The position numbers and the translations under genes are program-made. DNA of 64,000 bases from contig CAZPSH010000007.1 in the NCBI GenBank assembly GCA_964589625.1, positions 9,221 through 73,220 on the forward strand. The letters are read 5' to 3'. Shown in pieces: positions 39,950 through 50,124 of the stretch (the stretch's first letter is position 1; each line of letters opens with the position of its first letter). The DNA is from an uncultured Thermoanaerobaculia bacterium (GTDB lineage: Bacteria > Acidobacteriota > UBA4820 > DSQY01). The notes under the pieces were generated by a model. That model worked only from the letters and a program-made list of their open reading frames with translations. It ran no database searches and had not been told where the DNA came from.

Positions 39950-41244
39950 CAGCCTTCCTCCGCCGGGACGGGCTCGGCTTCGATCAATGTAACGGAAGCC
40001 TGGGAAAGAAGCAAGCCCAGCACCTTTTTGCGGGCGATAAGGTCTCGCACATCGTCGAGGCGCCCTTCCTTTTCGTACCGGGCCCGAAGCCTATCCGCGA
40101 CCATCCGCGATCCCTCGGCCATGCTTTGGAAATACGCCGTCAAATCCTCCTCGGCGGCCGTCAGGCCGTTGCGCTCTGCCGCCGACTTGAGGAGGTAGTA
40201 CGCAGAGACCTTCCTCTCGGATATGGCCCTGCGGGAGCGGGCGATCTCCTCCCAGTTCACGCTAGACTTGGCCGGATCCAGCCCCTGCCGGGCCCACTCC
40301 TCCGCCATGGTTTGTAGGTCCTCCCGCAATTGCCGGTCGGCCAGCGTCGGGGGCGCCGGGACGGGATACTTCTCCAGGAGGGCCTCGATGAGCCGATCCT
40401 CCTGAAGGGAGCGCATTTCCTCTTGCAGGCGGGCCTCCACGTCCTTTCTCACGCGGTCCCGAAGGGCCTCCAGGCTCTCCGCCCCCAGATCCTTTGCCAG
40501 GTCATCGCCCAGTGGCGGGACCTCGCGCCGGACGATCTTGTTCACGGTAAATTCGTACTCCCCGGGGGCAAGGTGGGCGTGGGGATTCTCGTGACCGTCG
40601 TCGTGACCCTCGGTCTTCTGATCCACCTTGAGGGAGAAGACCTCGGCGGTCCTTCTTCCGGAAAGCGCCCGCTCGGCCGGATGGTGGCTGTCAGCGAACG
40701 CGCGGAGGAAGAGATCCTGGCCCTTCGCCTGGCCCTTCCGCCTCATGGTCACGGACAGATAGTCCCCTTCGGATGCTTCCTCCTGGGGCCTCATCACCGC
40801 GGCGCGTTCCCGAAGCCCCTCGATGACCTGGTCCACCTGGGCCTCCTTCACTTCAGCCCGGGGGCACTCCACGACGATCCCCTGGGCGCTCACATCGGGC
40901 ACCTCCGGGGCGACCTCCACGTGCAGGTCACAGACGAAGGGGTGGCCCTCCTCCAACTGGACCGCCTCCACATACGGCTCCACGACGGGGTCGAGGGAGA
41001 ACTTTCCCAGTGTCTCCCGGGCCGCATCCGGAAGGATCCGCTCCAACACTTCCTCGCGGATCTCCTTCTGAAAGCGTCCCTTGACGAGGCTTTCCGGGGC
41101 CTTCCCGGGACGGAATCCATGCAGTTGGGCCTGCCCCTTCACCGCCCGGACGACTTCGCGGAATTTCGGCTCCACCTCGTCCCACGGGGCGTGGATCGAG
41201 TAGGTTTTTCGGCAACCTTCCTGATTCTTGAACGTGATGTCCAT
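39949..41244 (-). CDS. tig: trigger factor
   Basis: 431 aa protein with GFRPGKAP in the ribosome-binding N-domain, in the canonical tig-clpP-clpX order. Confidence 0.9.
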   Translation of the reverse strand: MDITFKNQEGCRKTYSIHAPWDEVEPKFREVVRAVKGQAQLHGFRPGKAPESLVKGRFQKEIREEVLERILPDAARETLGKFSLDPVVEPYVEAVQLEEGHPFVCDLHVEVAPEVPDVSAQGIVVECPRAEVKEAQVDQVIEGLRERAAVMRPQEEASEGDYLSVTMRRKGQAKGQDLFLRAFADSHHPAERALSGRRTAEVFSLKVDQKTEGHDDGHENPHAHLAPGEYEFTVNKIVRREVPPLGDDLAKDLGAESLEALRDRVRKDVEARLQEEMRSLQEDRLIEALLEKYPVPAPPTLADRQLREDLQTMAEEWARQGLDPAKSSVNWEEIARSRRAISERKVSAYYLLKSAAERNGLTAAEEDLTAYFQSMAEGSRMVADRLRARYEKEGRLDDVRDLIARKKVLGLLLSQASVTLIEAEPVPAEEG

Positions 41245-41435
41245 ATGGGCTCCAGATTGATGTTCTTCGGGATGCCGGGGGAGAAAGAGCCGCTCCGGAT
41301 GTCCGTGAACGGGGGGGGACTCGAGCCAGGGGGCCCCGGGACCTGCGCGGCCAGCGGCCGATGCGTCTCAAGTCCTCCTGAAGTTCCCGGGGCGGGCTTC
41401 TCCCTTTGCTTCCTGACTTCCACCGCTCCCGCGTT

Positions 41436-41520
41436 TGGTGCGAAAGGGGGGACTCGAACCCCCACGGGTTTCCCCACAGGATCCTAAGTCCTGCGCGTCT
41501 GCCAATTCCGCCACTTTCGC
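41436..41520 (-). tRNA. tRNA-Leu (anticodon UAG)
   Basis: 85-nt class II tRNA read on the minus strand: GCGAAAGTGGCGGAATTGGCAGACGCG-CAGGA-CTTAGGA-TCCTG-(long variable arm)-GGGGGTTCGAGTCCCCC-CTTTCGC-A-CCA. The acceptor stem is perfect, and the anticodon loop is CU-UAG-GA. Confidence 0.8.
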
Positions 41521-41617
41521 CCGGATTCTCTCCTGAACGGCCGGTCGCCCTTTTGTGGCCGGAATTCCCTGTCCGCAAGGGGCCGGCCCTACGAAAGACC
41601 CATCGAAAGGATCGGAG

Positions 41618-41694
41618 TGGCGCGCCCGCCCCGACTCGAACGGGGGACCTGCGGCTTCGAAGGCCGACGCTCTATCCGGCTGAGCTACGGGCGC
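41618..41694 (-). tRNA. tRNA-Arg (anticodon UCG)
   Basis: 77-nt tRNA on the minus strand: GCGCCCG-TA-GCTC-AGCCGGATA-GAGC-G-TCGGC-CTTCGAA-GCCGC-AGGTC-CCCCG-TTCGAGT-CGGGG-CGGGCGC-G-CCA. The acceptor, D and T stems pair perfectly. The anticodon stem has one mismatch. Confidence 0.75.
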
Positions 41695-41772
41695 ACGTCG
41701 GCGGGCTCCCCCGGACGGTTCCTTTTATCACATCTTGAGTGTACCGCGCAACGGCAGGGTCGATACTCCCGT

Positions 41773-42918
41773 TCATGCCGAGACGGGAAAGAGCGGGATC
41801 TCCCGGCTCTGTCCCCCGCACTGCAGAAAGAGTCTAGGGAGCGCCTGCATGGCCTCGGTGGCGCTGGGCGTTCGGTGAAGGACGGTCGCGTACGGCGCCT
41901 GAAAGGACCGGATCCGGCCCAGGACCTTCTCCTTCTGGGCCTGCGAACCGTCGGTGACCGCCGTGAACAGGGCCAAGGGAAGAAGCATGGACAGGAGAGC
42001 ATGGCCGGCGAGGGCCCATTCCTCCTCCGAATCCGGGCGTCGCTCCAGAAGCGGACCTACGAGGTCCCGCGCCCCTCGACCGAGGGTGTCGTCCTGCATC
42101 TGGGCCGAGGCGAGCAAGAGGAACGACGCACCCCGCGAAAGGGCATCCGGCGGCAGATCCGTCCCCCGGTCCCGCATCAGCTCTCCGGCCAGGCTTCGAG
42201 CCCTTTCCAAGAAGGTCGGATCGAGCGTGGTGTTGTAAAGGGACAGGCAGGCCAGCCCCAGTTCGCAGGCAAGGATCGGCGAGGTACCCTCCCGGCCGGC
42301 GGTACCGGGAGCAGGTTCGACGGATGCCCGAAGGGCGCGCAGCGCAATCCCGCGGTAGGAGGGCTCCCCGAAGGACTGGTAGGCCTTGGAAAAGGCCTGC
42401 GCGGCAACGGCGCACGCCAGGGGAGGGGCGGGATGGAGAGAGGGGGGAGGTGAAAGCAACCTCCTCTGGTGGATATCGAGAGCGTAGTAGGCCTCATCCG
42501 CCTGTTGTTCCGCTGCAAGAGTGCCGTCGGGAAGAAGGAGGCGGGTTTGCAGGTAGCGTAGGAGACTCCGTGCCAGGGCTCCTGCAATCTCGCCCTGACC
42601 GGGCCGTCTCAGGCGGAGGGCCACCATCAGCCAGCCCGAATTGGTCGTGAGCGTCTTACGCGAACCGGGGCCGGATTCGAAGAAGCCCCCCTCCACCGAG
42701 TCGTACCGGGGCGATTCGGCGAGGATTCGCAAGGTCGCCCCCAGCTTCAGCTGCAATTCCGGATGCGACAGGCCGATGGCGTACTTGGAAAGGAACCGGA
42801 AGGTGGCTGTGCAGGGTCCGGGAACCCTTTCGCCGGTTCCGGAGAGAAACCCATCCAGCACGGTCTCCAGCCTTTGGCGGATTTCCTCCACCCTCTCCAG
42901 TCCATGTTCAAGGTCCAA
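41773..42918 (-). CDS. hypothetical protein, possibly six-hairpin (alpha/alpha-toroid) glycosidase-like fold
   Basis: 381 aa ORF with an SVEGGFFESG block reminiscent of YyaL / N-acylglucosamine-epimerase-like alpha-toroid domains. It is divergent from the rhodanese gene. The assignment is weak. Confidence 0.5.
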   Translation of the reverse strand: MDLEHGLERVEEIRQRLETVLDGFLSGTGERVPGPCTATFRFLSKYAIGLSHPELQLKLGATLRILAESPRYDSVEGGFFESGPGSRKTLTTNSGWLMVALRLRRPGQGEIAGALARSLLRYLQTRLLLPDGTLAAEQQADEAYYALDIHQRRLLSPPPSLHPAPPLACAVAAQAFSKAYQSFGEPSYRGIALRALRASVEPAPGTAGREGTSPILACELGLACLSLYNTTLDPTFLERARSLAGELMRDRGTDLPPDALSRGASFLLLASAQMQDDTLGRGARDLVGPLLERRPDSEEEWALAGHALLSMLLPLALFTAVTDGSQAQKEKVLGRIRSFQAPYATVLHRTPSATEAMQALPRLFLQCGGQSREIPLFPVSA

Positions 42919-43238
42919 AGGCCCCTCCTTCGAAAGATCGCGAGTGGGGCGGAAGCCCTACATGGCCCGTAACAGCAAGGCCAATGCCACCAGGCGGACC
43001 GCCCAGGCCCCTTTTTGTCACAATTGAGAAACAAGAATGAAACGCTCTGCTTCGGCGTTGCATTTTTTGGTTCCTCGTTCGGTGGTGCCGGCGCAGGGCG
43101 CTCCGATCGCCGGGACGATCCGCTCCGGGCGCGTCCGGCAAGACGGTGATCCAGCCGCACCCCGCCCGCGAGACGCCAGTCGGCTTGCCTTGAGTCGGGT
43201 CCGAGGGTATGCTGTTTTCTTTGAAGGTGAGGTTTCAC

Positions 43239-43715
43239 ATGCGCCGCGGAATCTCTCAGACAATCGGGCTGGTGACTGCCGGTACCCTTGCGGGACTCCT
43301 CTTTAACGCCCTCTCCCCCATGGGGCTTCCCTTGCGGGGCGGGAAGGAGGTCCGCCTGGAGCAAAAAGGGCTGAGGATGGTGAGCCTGGAGGAGGTGCGG
43401 TTCTACCTCGATCAGGGGGACACCGTCCTGCTCGATGCGCGCTCTCCCGAGGAGTACGAGCTCGGCCACATCCCTGGCGCCCTCAACCTCCCGGCCGACA
43501 GCTTTGAACCCGTTTACCCCAAGGTGGCCCCGAAGTTGAAAGGCGCCGCCCTGATCATCGTCTACTGCAGCGGCGGCTCCTGCGGCACGTCCGAAGAGGT
43601 CGCCGAGAAGCTCATCGAGCGAGGCTACAAGGACGCCTCCCTGGCCGTCTTCGCGGACGGCCTCCCCGGCTGGATGCGCGCCAAGCTCCCGTTGCGCAAC
43701 GGCTCCCAGGAGTGA
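43239..43715 (+). CDS. rhodanese-domain sulfurtransferase-like protein
   Basis: DARSPEEYELGHIPGALNLP and the active-site loop IVYCSGGSCGTS, preceded by a TM or signal segment. Confidence 0.75.
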   Translation: MRRGISQTIGLVTAGTLAGLLFNALSPMGLPLRGGKEVRLEQKGLRMVSLEEVRFYLDQGDTVLLDARSPEEYELGHIPGALNLPADSFEPVYPKVAPKLKGAALIIVYCSGGSCGTSEEVAEKLIERGYKDASLAVFADGLPGWMRAKLPLRNGSQE

Positions 43716-43716
43716 C

Positions 43717-44160
43717 ATGAAGGGAAGAACGGCGGCGTGGCTCGACCGGGTGGGCCGCTGGGCCCTTTCAGGGATCTTTCTGTACGCGGCCATTCCGAAG
43801 ATCCTGGACCCCTTGGGATTCGCCGAGGACATCGGCCACTACGCCCTTGTGCCCGATGCCGCCGTGAACACTCTGGCCGTTGTGCTTCCGTGGATCGAGG
43901 CCGTGGCCGCCCTCGCGCTCCTCACGGGGTTCGCGGCAGAGGGCGCCCTCCTCACGGTGAACGGCCTCCTGCTCGTGTTTCTCGTGGCCCTTGGCCAGGC
44001 GTGGATTCGGGGTCTCGACATCGATTGCGGGTGCTTCGGCCACGCCCGGGATGGTGCCTCGGTGCTCCTGGCGCTGCTGAGGGATATCGGCTTTCTCGCG
44101 CTGGGTCTCGCCGCGATGGCTGTCCGGATGCACCGTATAAGGCTCCAGTCCGCCCGCTGA
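43717..44160 (+). CDS. DoxX/MauE-family membrane protein
   Basis: Four TM helices plus a CGCFG motif, consistent with MauE/DoxX methylamine-utilisation-like proteins. Starts 2 bp after the rhodanese stop. Confidence 0.65.
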   Translation: MKGRTAAWLDRVGRWALSGIFLYAAIPKILDPLGFAEDIGHYALVPDAAVNTLAVVLPWIEAVAALALLTGFAAEGALLTVNGLLLVFLVALGQAWIRGLDIDCGCFGHARDGASVLLALLRDIGFLALGLAAMAVRMHRIRLQSAR

Positions 44161-44267
44161 CCGCGCCCCCCGTCCCTCCCCTGCTCGGCGAAAACAATCC
44201 CTTCTCCTCCTGCGTATTTCGGGTTGGAGTCTTCGCCCGGAGGCTCGCTCAGGAGGAGGTCAGGCCC

Positions 44268-45374
44268 ATGGGCAAGCTGGTCAAATTCCTCGTCGTTCTG
44301 GTCGCGATAGGCATTGTAGGGGCCGCCTTGTATGGCTGGGTCCGTTCCCGCAACGGGAAGGGCGCAGACATCACCCTGGTGGACGTGGAGTCGGGCTCCA
44401 TCACGGAAAAGGCCCTGGCCGTGGGCCAGATCGAGCCCCGCCTGAAGTTCCAGGTGAAGTCAAAAGTCTCCGGCATCGTGCGCACCTGCTACGTGGAGGT
44501 AGGAGACACGGTGAAACGGGGGGATCCCCTTTTCGAGATCGCCCCCGATCCCACGCCTCAAGAGCTCATCGACGTGGGCCGCGACGCCGAATCCGCCGCG
44601 GCATCGTACGAACGAGCCAAGGCGGACCTGGCCCGCTATCAGCGGCTCTTCGACCAGGGAGTCATCTCCCGGGGAGACCTGGACGCCCAGAGAGAGAGAT
44701 ACGAGCTCGCCACGGTCGCTCTCACCAGGGCCCGAGAAAACAGGGAGCTCACGACGCGCGGCCGGGTCTCCGGCGGCGGCGCCGCCATGGAGACCATCAT
44801 TCGAGCCCCCGCCGAGGGGACGCTCCTCTCCCGCGCCGTGAATCCGGGGGATCCAGTTGTCCCCCTGACCTCCTACCAGGCGGGGACGGAACTGGCGGCC
44901 ATCGCCGAGATGTCGGACCTCATCTTCAAGGGCACCGTGGACGAAATTGACGTGGGGAAGATGAAGGTTGGACTTCCCGCGCGCATCAAGGTGGGCGCGC
45001 TGCCCACGGACATGGTGACGGGCCGGGTCTCCCGCATCGCTCCCCAAGCCCAGAAGAAGGAGGGGGCCACTCTCTTCGACGTGGAAATCGAACTGGATCC
45101 CGGTACGGACGTGGTTCTCCGCGCGGGATATTCGGCCAACGCCGACGTGATCATCCGGGAGAAGAAGGACGTTCTCGTCATCCCCGAACGGCTCGTCGCC
45201 TTCGAGGAAGGGGGAAAGAAGACCACCGTCGAAGTTCCCGCCGACAAGAGCGGCGAGGAGCCCCGCAAGGTGGTGGTCGTCCTTGGCCTCTCGGACGGCC
45301 TGAACGTGGAGGTCGTTTCCGGCCTGAAGAAGGGCGACAAGGTCGTCCAGCGTCCGCCCAAGGAAATCCAATAG
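44268..45374 (+). CDS. periplasmic adaptor (HlyD/MacA-like membrane fusion protein)
   Basis: Internal ATG at 44268 after GGAGGAGG. N-terminal TM anchor, biotinyl-lipoyl half-domains (GDTVKRGDPLFEIAPD ... KVGLPARIKV), a coiled coil, a beta-barrel and an MP domain. Confidence 0.8.
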   Translation: MGKLVKFLVVLVAIGIVGAALYGWVRSRNGKGADITLVDVESGSITEKALAVGQIEPRLKFQVKSKVSGIVRTCYVEVGDTVKRGDPLFEIAPDPTPQELIDVGRDAESAAASYERAKADLARYQRLFDQGVISRGDLDAQRERYELATVALTRARENRELTTRGRVSGGGAAMETIIRAPAEGTLLSRAVNPGDPVVPLTSYQAGTELAAIAEMSDLIFKGTVDEIDVGKMKVGLPARIKVGALPTDMVTGRVSRIAPQAQKKEGATLFDVEIELDPGTDVVLRAGYSANADVIIREKKDVLVIPERLVAFEEGGKKTTVEVPADKSGEEPRKVVVVLGLSDGLNVEVVSGLKKGDKVVQRPPKEIQ

Positions 45375-45392
45375 CCCGCCCCGGGAGGGCAC

Positions 45393-46625
45393 ATGCTCCT
45401 CATCAGAAATGCCCTGAGCCAGCTTTGGAGGGACCTGAGGACGCAGAAGCTCCGTACGACCCTGACCACCTTCGGCATCGTGTGGGGGACCGTGGCCGTG
45501 AGCCTCCTCCTCGCCTTCGGGCAGGGCCTCCACAAACAGCTCATCAAGAGCGCGGCGGGTCTGGGGGACCGGATCGTCATCGCCTGGCCCTCGAGGACGT
45601 CCATTCCCTTCGAGGGGCTGGGAAAGGGCCGGCGGATCAACGTGAACGATGAAGACCTGGAGGCCGTCCGAAGGGACTCCACGCGCATGGAAGCCCTCTC
45701 GGCGGAATACAGCGACGCCTTCAAAGTCCACCAGGGGGACAAGACCATGATGGTGGACGTCTCGGGCGTCTACCCCGAGTTCGGGACTATGCGGAACCTC
45801 ATCCCCCGCCCGGGGGGGCGGTTTCTGAACCCACGGGACATGGAGGAGCGCCGGCGGGTGGCCTTTGTGGGAGACGAGTTCGCCAAGGACTTCTTCGGCG
45901 ATCCCGATCCTGTGGGAAAGGTCTTCATGGTCGGGGACTCCCCCTTCACGGTCGTGGGGGTTCTGCAGGCCAAGGAGCAGGACTCCTCCTACAGCGGCCG
46001 AGACAAGGACAAGATGTTCATCCCCTCCACGACTTTTCGGGCCGTGACGGGCGCGAAGTACGTGGACAACATCATCTTCAAGGCCTACGCGCCCTCCCAG
46101 AACGAGGCCCTCTCCGAGGAGGTGCGGACCCTGCTGGCCAAGCGCCTGCGCTTCGCTCCGGAGGACAAGGAGGCCCTCGCCATCTGGGACACCACGGAGA
46201 TGTTCGAGTTCATGGACGCCTTCATGCTGGGCTTCCAGCTGTTCTTGGGCATCGTCGGGTCCCTGACCCTCGTCGTCGGCGGTATCGGTGTGTCCAACAT
46301 CATGAACGTCGTCGTGGAGGAGCGGACGCGCGAGATCGGCATAAAAATGGCCCTCGGAGCCCGGAGCGGCTTCATCCTGCGCCAGTTTCTCCTGGAAACG
46401 CTTGTCATCACGGGCCTCGGTGGAGCGCTGGGCCTCCTGCTCTCGGCGGGGATCTGCTCGCTGTTCCCTAAGTTCGGTCTTGCGGAGTATGTGGGCGTCC
46501 CCGAGATCTCCCCCATGGTGGCGACCCTGACGGCTCTCGCCTTGGGAGCCGTGGGAGTGCTCGCCGGTTACTTTCCCGCCCGGGACGCCGCTCGCCTCGA
46601 TCCGGTGATCGCCATGAAGCTCTAG
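45393..46625 (+). CDS. MacB/FtsX-type ABC transporter permease (first of two)
   Basis: N-terminal TM, a large periplasmic MacB_PCD domain, and a C-terminal FtsX 3-TM bundle (GGIGVSNIMNVVVEERTREIGI). Confidence 0.85.
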   Translation: MLLIRNALSQLWRDLRTQKLRTTLTTFGIVWGTVAVSLLLAFGQGLHKQLIKSAAGLGDRIVIAWPSRTSIPFEGLGKGRRINVNDEDLEAVRRDSTRMEALSAEYSDAFKVHQGDKTMMVDVSGVYPEFGTMRNLIPRPGGRFLNPRDMEERRRVAFVGDEFAKDFFGDPDPVGKVFMVGDSPFTVVGVLQAKEQDSSYSGRDKDKMFIPSTTFRAVTGAKYVDNIIFKAYAPSQNEALSEEVRTLLAKRLRFAPEDKEALAIWDTTEMFEFMDAFMLGFQLFLGIVGSLTLVVGGIGVSNIMNVVVEERTREIGIKMALGARSGFILRQFLLETLVITGLGGALGLLLSAGICSLFPKFGLAEYVGVPEISPMVATLTALALGAVGVLAGYFPARDAARLDPVIAMKL

Positions 46626-46639
46626 GGAGAGGTCCCCCC

Positions 46640-47890
46640 ATGCAGATGAAGCTCATCTTCCATCTCTTCCTTCGGGCCTCCCAACTGGAGAAGAAGCGCG
46701 CCGCTCTGACCGTGGCCGCCATCGCCTGGGGCACGGTCGCCATCCTTCTCCTGCTCGCCTTCGGCCAGGGGCTCAAGGAGCAGATGATGCGGGGCCGAAG
46801 GGGCATGGGCGAGAACCTGGCCGTCATCTGGCCCGGCGAAACGTCCCAGCCCTGGAAGGGCCTGCCGGCCGGCCGGCCCATTCGCCCCCTCGCGGACGAC
46901 GTCGCCTATCTGAGAAGCCGCCTGCCGGATGCTCAGGCCGTCATCGGAGAGATCCACAATTGGGGCACCACCCTCACCTACGGCAAGAAGACCGTGACCG
47001 GACACGTTATCGGAACCAACTGGGAGTACGGAGAGATCCGAAACCACGTCCCCCAGCCCGGGGGGAGGTTTTTCAACCCGAACGACGAGAGAGAGAAACG
47101 GCGGGTCATTTTTCTCGGCAACCAGATGGCCGAGGACATCTTCGGCAAGGAGGACCCCGTCGGGAAGACACTGCTCGTCAACGACGCATCCTACCTCGTG
47201 ATCGGCGTGATGAAGCCCAAATTGCAGATGGGAAACTACGCCGGCCCCGAGGACGCCCACGCCGTGATCCCGATTACGACCTTCGTGGGCCAATACAGCC
47301 GGCAAAGGCTCAACAACCTCGTCATCAAGGTGCGCCGGCCCGAGCAGATGGCCGGCATGCTCGAGAGGTTCAAGGAAGCCCTCGCCGCCCGCTACCGCTT
47401 CGACGCGGCAGACGCCAAGGTCTTCGGCATCTGGGACACGGTTCGAAGCTCGAAGATCATGGCCAACGTCACGGTGGGCATCCAGATCTTCTTGGGGATT
47501 ATCGGAGGGTTGACGCTGCTTATCGGAGGCATCGGCGTGGCCAACATCATGTACGCCGTGGTCAAGGAGAAGACGCGGGAAATCGGCATCCAGATGGCCC
47601 TGGGGGCCAAGTCCTCCTGGATCACGGGGCCCTTCCTGCTTCAGGGCCTCCTTTACACGTTTCTCGGCGGGGCTTTCGGACTCCTCGCGGCCCTCTTGCT
47701 GGTCATTCTCCTGAGCCTTGCGCCGACGGAGGGGAACCGCGCGCTGGAATTCTTGGGAAAGCCAACACTTTCCCTGCCCATCGGAATCGCCACCGCGACG
47801 ATCCTTGGGGTCATCGGGCTCCTGGCAGGGTATTTTCCCGCCCGGCGCGCGGCCGCCGTCGATCCGGCCCAAACACTTCGGTATGAATAG
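46640..47890 (+). CDS. MacB/FtsX-type ABC transporter permease (second of two)
   Basis: Same architecture as the first permease (GGIGVANIMYAVVKEKTREIGI), but clearly divergent in the periplasmic domain. Confidence 0.85.
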   Translation: MQMKLIFHLFLRASQLEKKRAALTVAAIAWGTVAILLLLAFGQGLKEQMMRGRRGMGENLAVIWPGETSQPWKGLPAGRPIRPLADDVAYLRSRLPDAQAVIGEIHNWGTTLTYGKKTVTGHVIGTNWEYGEIRNHVPQPGGRFFNPNDEREKRRVIFLGNQMAEDIFGKEDPVGKTLLVNDASYLVIGVMKPKLQMGNYAGPEDAHAVIPITTFVGQYSRQRLNNLVIKVRRPEQMAGMLERFKEALAARYRFDAADAKVFGIWDTVRSSKIMANVTVGIQIFLGIIGGLTLLIGGIGVANIMYAVVKEKTREIGIQMALGAKSSWITGPFLLQGLLYTFLGGAFGLLAALLLVILLSLAPTEGNRALEFLGKPTLSLPIGIATATILGVIGLLAGYFPARRAAAVDPAQTLRYE

Positions 47891-47944
47891 CCACCCGGGC
47901 GGGCCCCGGGGAGAATCCCGAGGCGCTTGGGCTTGCAGTGACCG

Positions 47945-48718
47945 TTGGAGATGAGAATGAACTGGCCTCTCAAGAAGAACGGAAAGAACGGGAACGGCTA
48001 CGGGGATTCCCACGACGCCATCATTGAAATGAAGGCCATCCGCAAGGTCTACGATACGGGCAAGGTTCAGGTGGAGGCCCTGAAGGGCATCGATTTGAGG
48101 GTGGCCAAGGGCGAGTTCGTCGCGGTCGTGGGGCCTTCGGGATCGGGTAAGTCCACCCTGATGAACCTGGTGGGATGCCTCGACACTCCTTCGGACGGTG
48201 AGTACTACCTGGCCGGAGAACCCGTTGCCGGACTGGATCGGGACCGCCTCGCGGACGTCCGGAACCGCCGGGTGGGCTTCATCTTCCAGAATTTCAACCT
48301 CCTGCCCCAGATCTCGGCGCTCGAGAACGTGGAGATGCCCATGCTTTTCGGCGGCGTCCCAAAGTCGGAACGGAGGTCCAAGGCAGAATCCCTCCTCGAG
48401 CGAGTGGGGCTGAAGGACCGCCAGGACCACAAGCCCACCGAGCTCTCGGGAGGGCAGATGCAAAGGGTGGCCATCGCCCGCGCCCTTGCCATGGGACCGG
48501 ATATCCTCCTTGCCGACGAGCCCACGGGCAACCTCGACACCTCATCGGGGGGTGACATCATGGCTCTGTTCAGCGAACTCTGGAACCAGGGATGCACCCT
48601 GATCGTGGTAACCCACGACCCCGCTCTGGCGCACCGTGCCGCCCGAATCGTGGAGATCCGCGACGGCCTCGTCACGCGAGACACCGCCACCCCCGCCCGA
48701 CCTTCCCCACCGGTCTGA
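47945..48718 (+). CDS. ABC transporter ATP-binding protein (MacB/LolD-type NBD)
   Basis: Walker A at GPSGSGKST, signature LSGGQMQRVAIARAL, Walker B at ILLADEPTGNLD. The start codon could be 47945, 47951 or 47957. Confidence 0.9.
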   Translation: MEMRMNWPLKKNGKNGNGYGDSHDAIIEMKAIRKVYDTGKVQVEALKGIDLRVAKGEFVAVVGPSGSGKSTLMNLVGCLDTPSDGEYYLAGEPVAGLDRDRLADVRNRRVGFIFQNFNLLPQISALENVEMPMLFGGVPKSERRSKAESLLERVGLKDRQDHKPTELSGGQMQRVAIARALAMGPDILLADEPTGNLDTSSGGDIMALFSELWNQGCTLIVVTHDPALAHRAARIVEIRDGLVTRDTATPARPSPPV

Positions 48719-48939
48719 CCCGGTCCATCGCCAAGGGCACTTCGCCTCGGAACTACATCGGCGAACACATCGGACTTGCCCCGCCTTGACCCTGCGTCAA
48801 ATGACCCAATGCCTTCAAGTCCCCCTTTTCCTCCAACGGGACCTTTCAGTAGACTCCGGATCAAAGACCGCCTCGGGGAAACGGAAGTGGAGGGAAGGCG
48901 GACGGGGTTGCCCGGACGAGGGTCCCATGGAGCGAGGGG

Positions 48940-50124
48940 GTGGCCGTGGAAGAGCTTGCCGCCTGGAAGTCCCAGGAAGACGAGTTGCTGGCCCTGGCGA
49001 TGGAGTCGGCGCCGGACCCGGGAGTCGTGAATGCCCGGCTTCGGGAGCTGGCGGCCCGTTTCGGACCGGATGTGTACGCCCGTTTCCTCCACCTCATTTG
49101 CCACGTGGACGTCTCCCCCGAGGAGGCTCGGAGTCACTGGGAAGCCATCCTTTGCCACACCCGGGCCATGGTTGAGGGTCTCAAGCGTCCCGTCGACTAC
49201 CGGGTGGGGGCGGCCGACTATTTCATCCGAGAGACCCCCTGCATCCCCTACCCCGCCGTCATCGACATTCGCATCTACCAGCAGACGGAACAGGGCGTTC
49301 TCAAAGACCCCCTCACCTCGCTCTACAATCTGCGGTATCTCGAAGAAGTCATGCCACGAGAGATAGGCATCTCCCGCCGGAGCGGCACCCCCCTCACGCT
49401 GATTTTCTTGGACGTGGATCACTTCAAGTCCTACAACGACCGCCTCGGCCACGAGGCGGGGAACGTGGCCCTCCAGGCCGTCGCGGGCGTAATCCGCGAC
49501 TCGGTCCGAGACATGGACCTTCCCTGCCGCTTCGGCGGGGAGGAGTTCACCGTTCTCCTCCCGGCCACGGACAAGCTGGGGGGGCTCGCGGTCGCCTCCC
49601 GCATCGTCCAGTCCGTGGAGCGCCTCCGCCTGGCCGCGCCGTCACCCTTCGGCGTCCTGACCATCAGCGGAGGAGTCGCCTCCTTCCCGAGCGATGCCGC
49701 CGACGGCGAGGAGCTGGTGCGCCACGCCGACGCCGCCATGTACCAGGCCAAGGCCCTTGGAAAGAACCGCGCCCTCCCCTACTCCTACGAGCGGAGGGGC
49801 TACCTACGGATCCCGAGGGACTTCACCGGGACCGCGGCGGGAAACGGCCGCGCGGTCCTCCCCCTCTCGGGGAAGAACCTCAGCTGTTCGGGCCTCTATT
49901 TTCAGCTTCCCACAGACGTGCCCCTGGGACAGGTCCTCGATCTGGATCTGGACATCGGCCAAGGCCCGGGGGCTTCAGGGATCTCCTGCCGGGTTCGGGT
50001 GGTGCGTTGCGAACCGGAAGGGGACGGGGTGTTCGGAATCGGGGCCCAAATCGTCCACATTCCTACAGGGGACCGGTTGAGGTACTTCGACGCCGCCTCC
50101 GCGTCCCACCCGGAGGACGGCTGA
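48940..50124 (+). CDS. diguanylate cyclase fused to a C-terminal PilZ domain
   Basis: GTG start. RFGGEEF active site with an RDMD I-site. The C-terminal 100 aa carry the PilZ motifs RRGYLR (RxxxR) and NLSCSG (D/NxSxxG). Confidence 0.75.
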   Translation: MAVEELAAWKSQEDELLALAMESAPDPGVVNARLRELAARFGPDVYARFLHLICHVDVSPEEARSHWEAILCHTRAMVEGLKRPVDYRVGAADYFIRETPCIPYPAVIDIRIYQQTEQGVLKDPLTSLYNLRYLEEVMPREIGISRRSGTPLTLIFLDVDHFKSYNDRLGHEAGNVALQAVAGVIRDSVRDMDLPCRFGGEEFTVLLPATDKLGGLAVASRIVQSVERLRLAAPSPFGVLTISGGVASFPSDAADGEELVRHADAAMYQAKALGKNRALPYSYERRGYLRIPRDFTGTAAGNGRAVLPLSGKNLSCSGLYFQLPTDVPLGQVLDLDLDIGQGPGASGISCRVRVVRCEPEGDGVFGIGAQIVHIPTGDRLRYFDAASASHPEDG

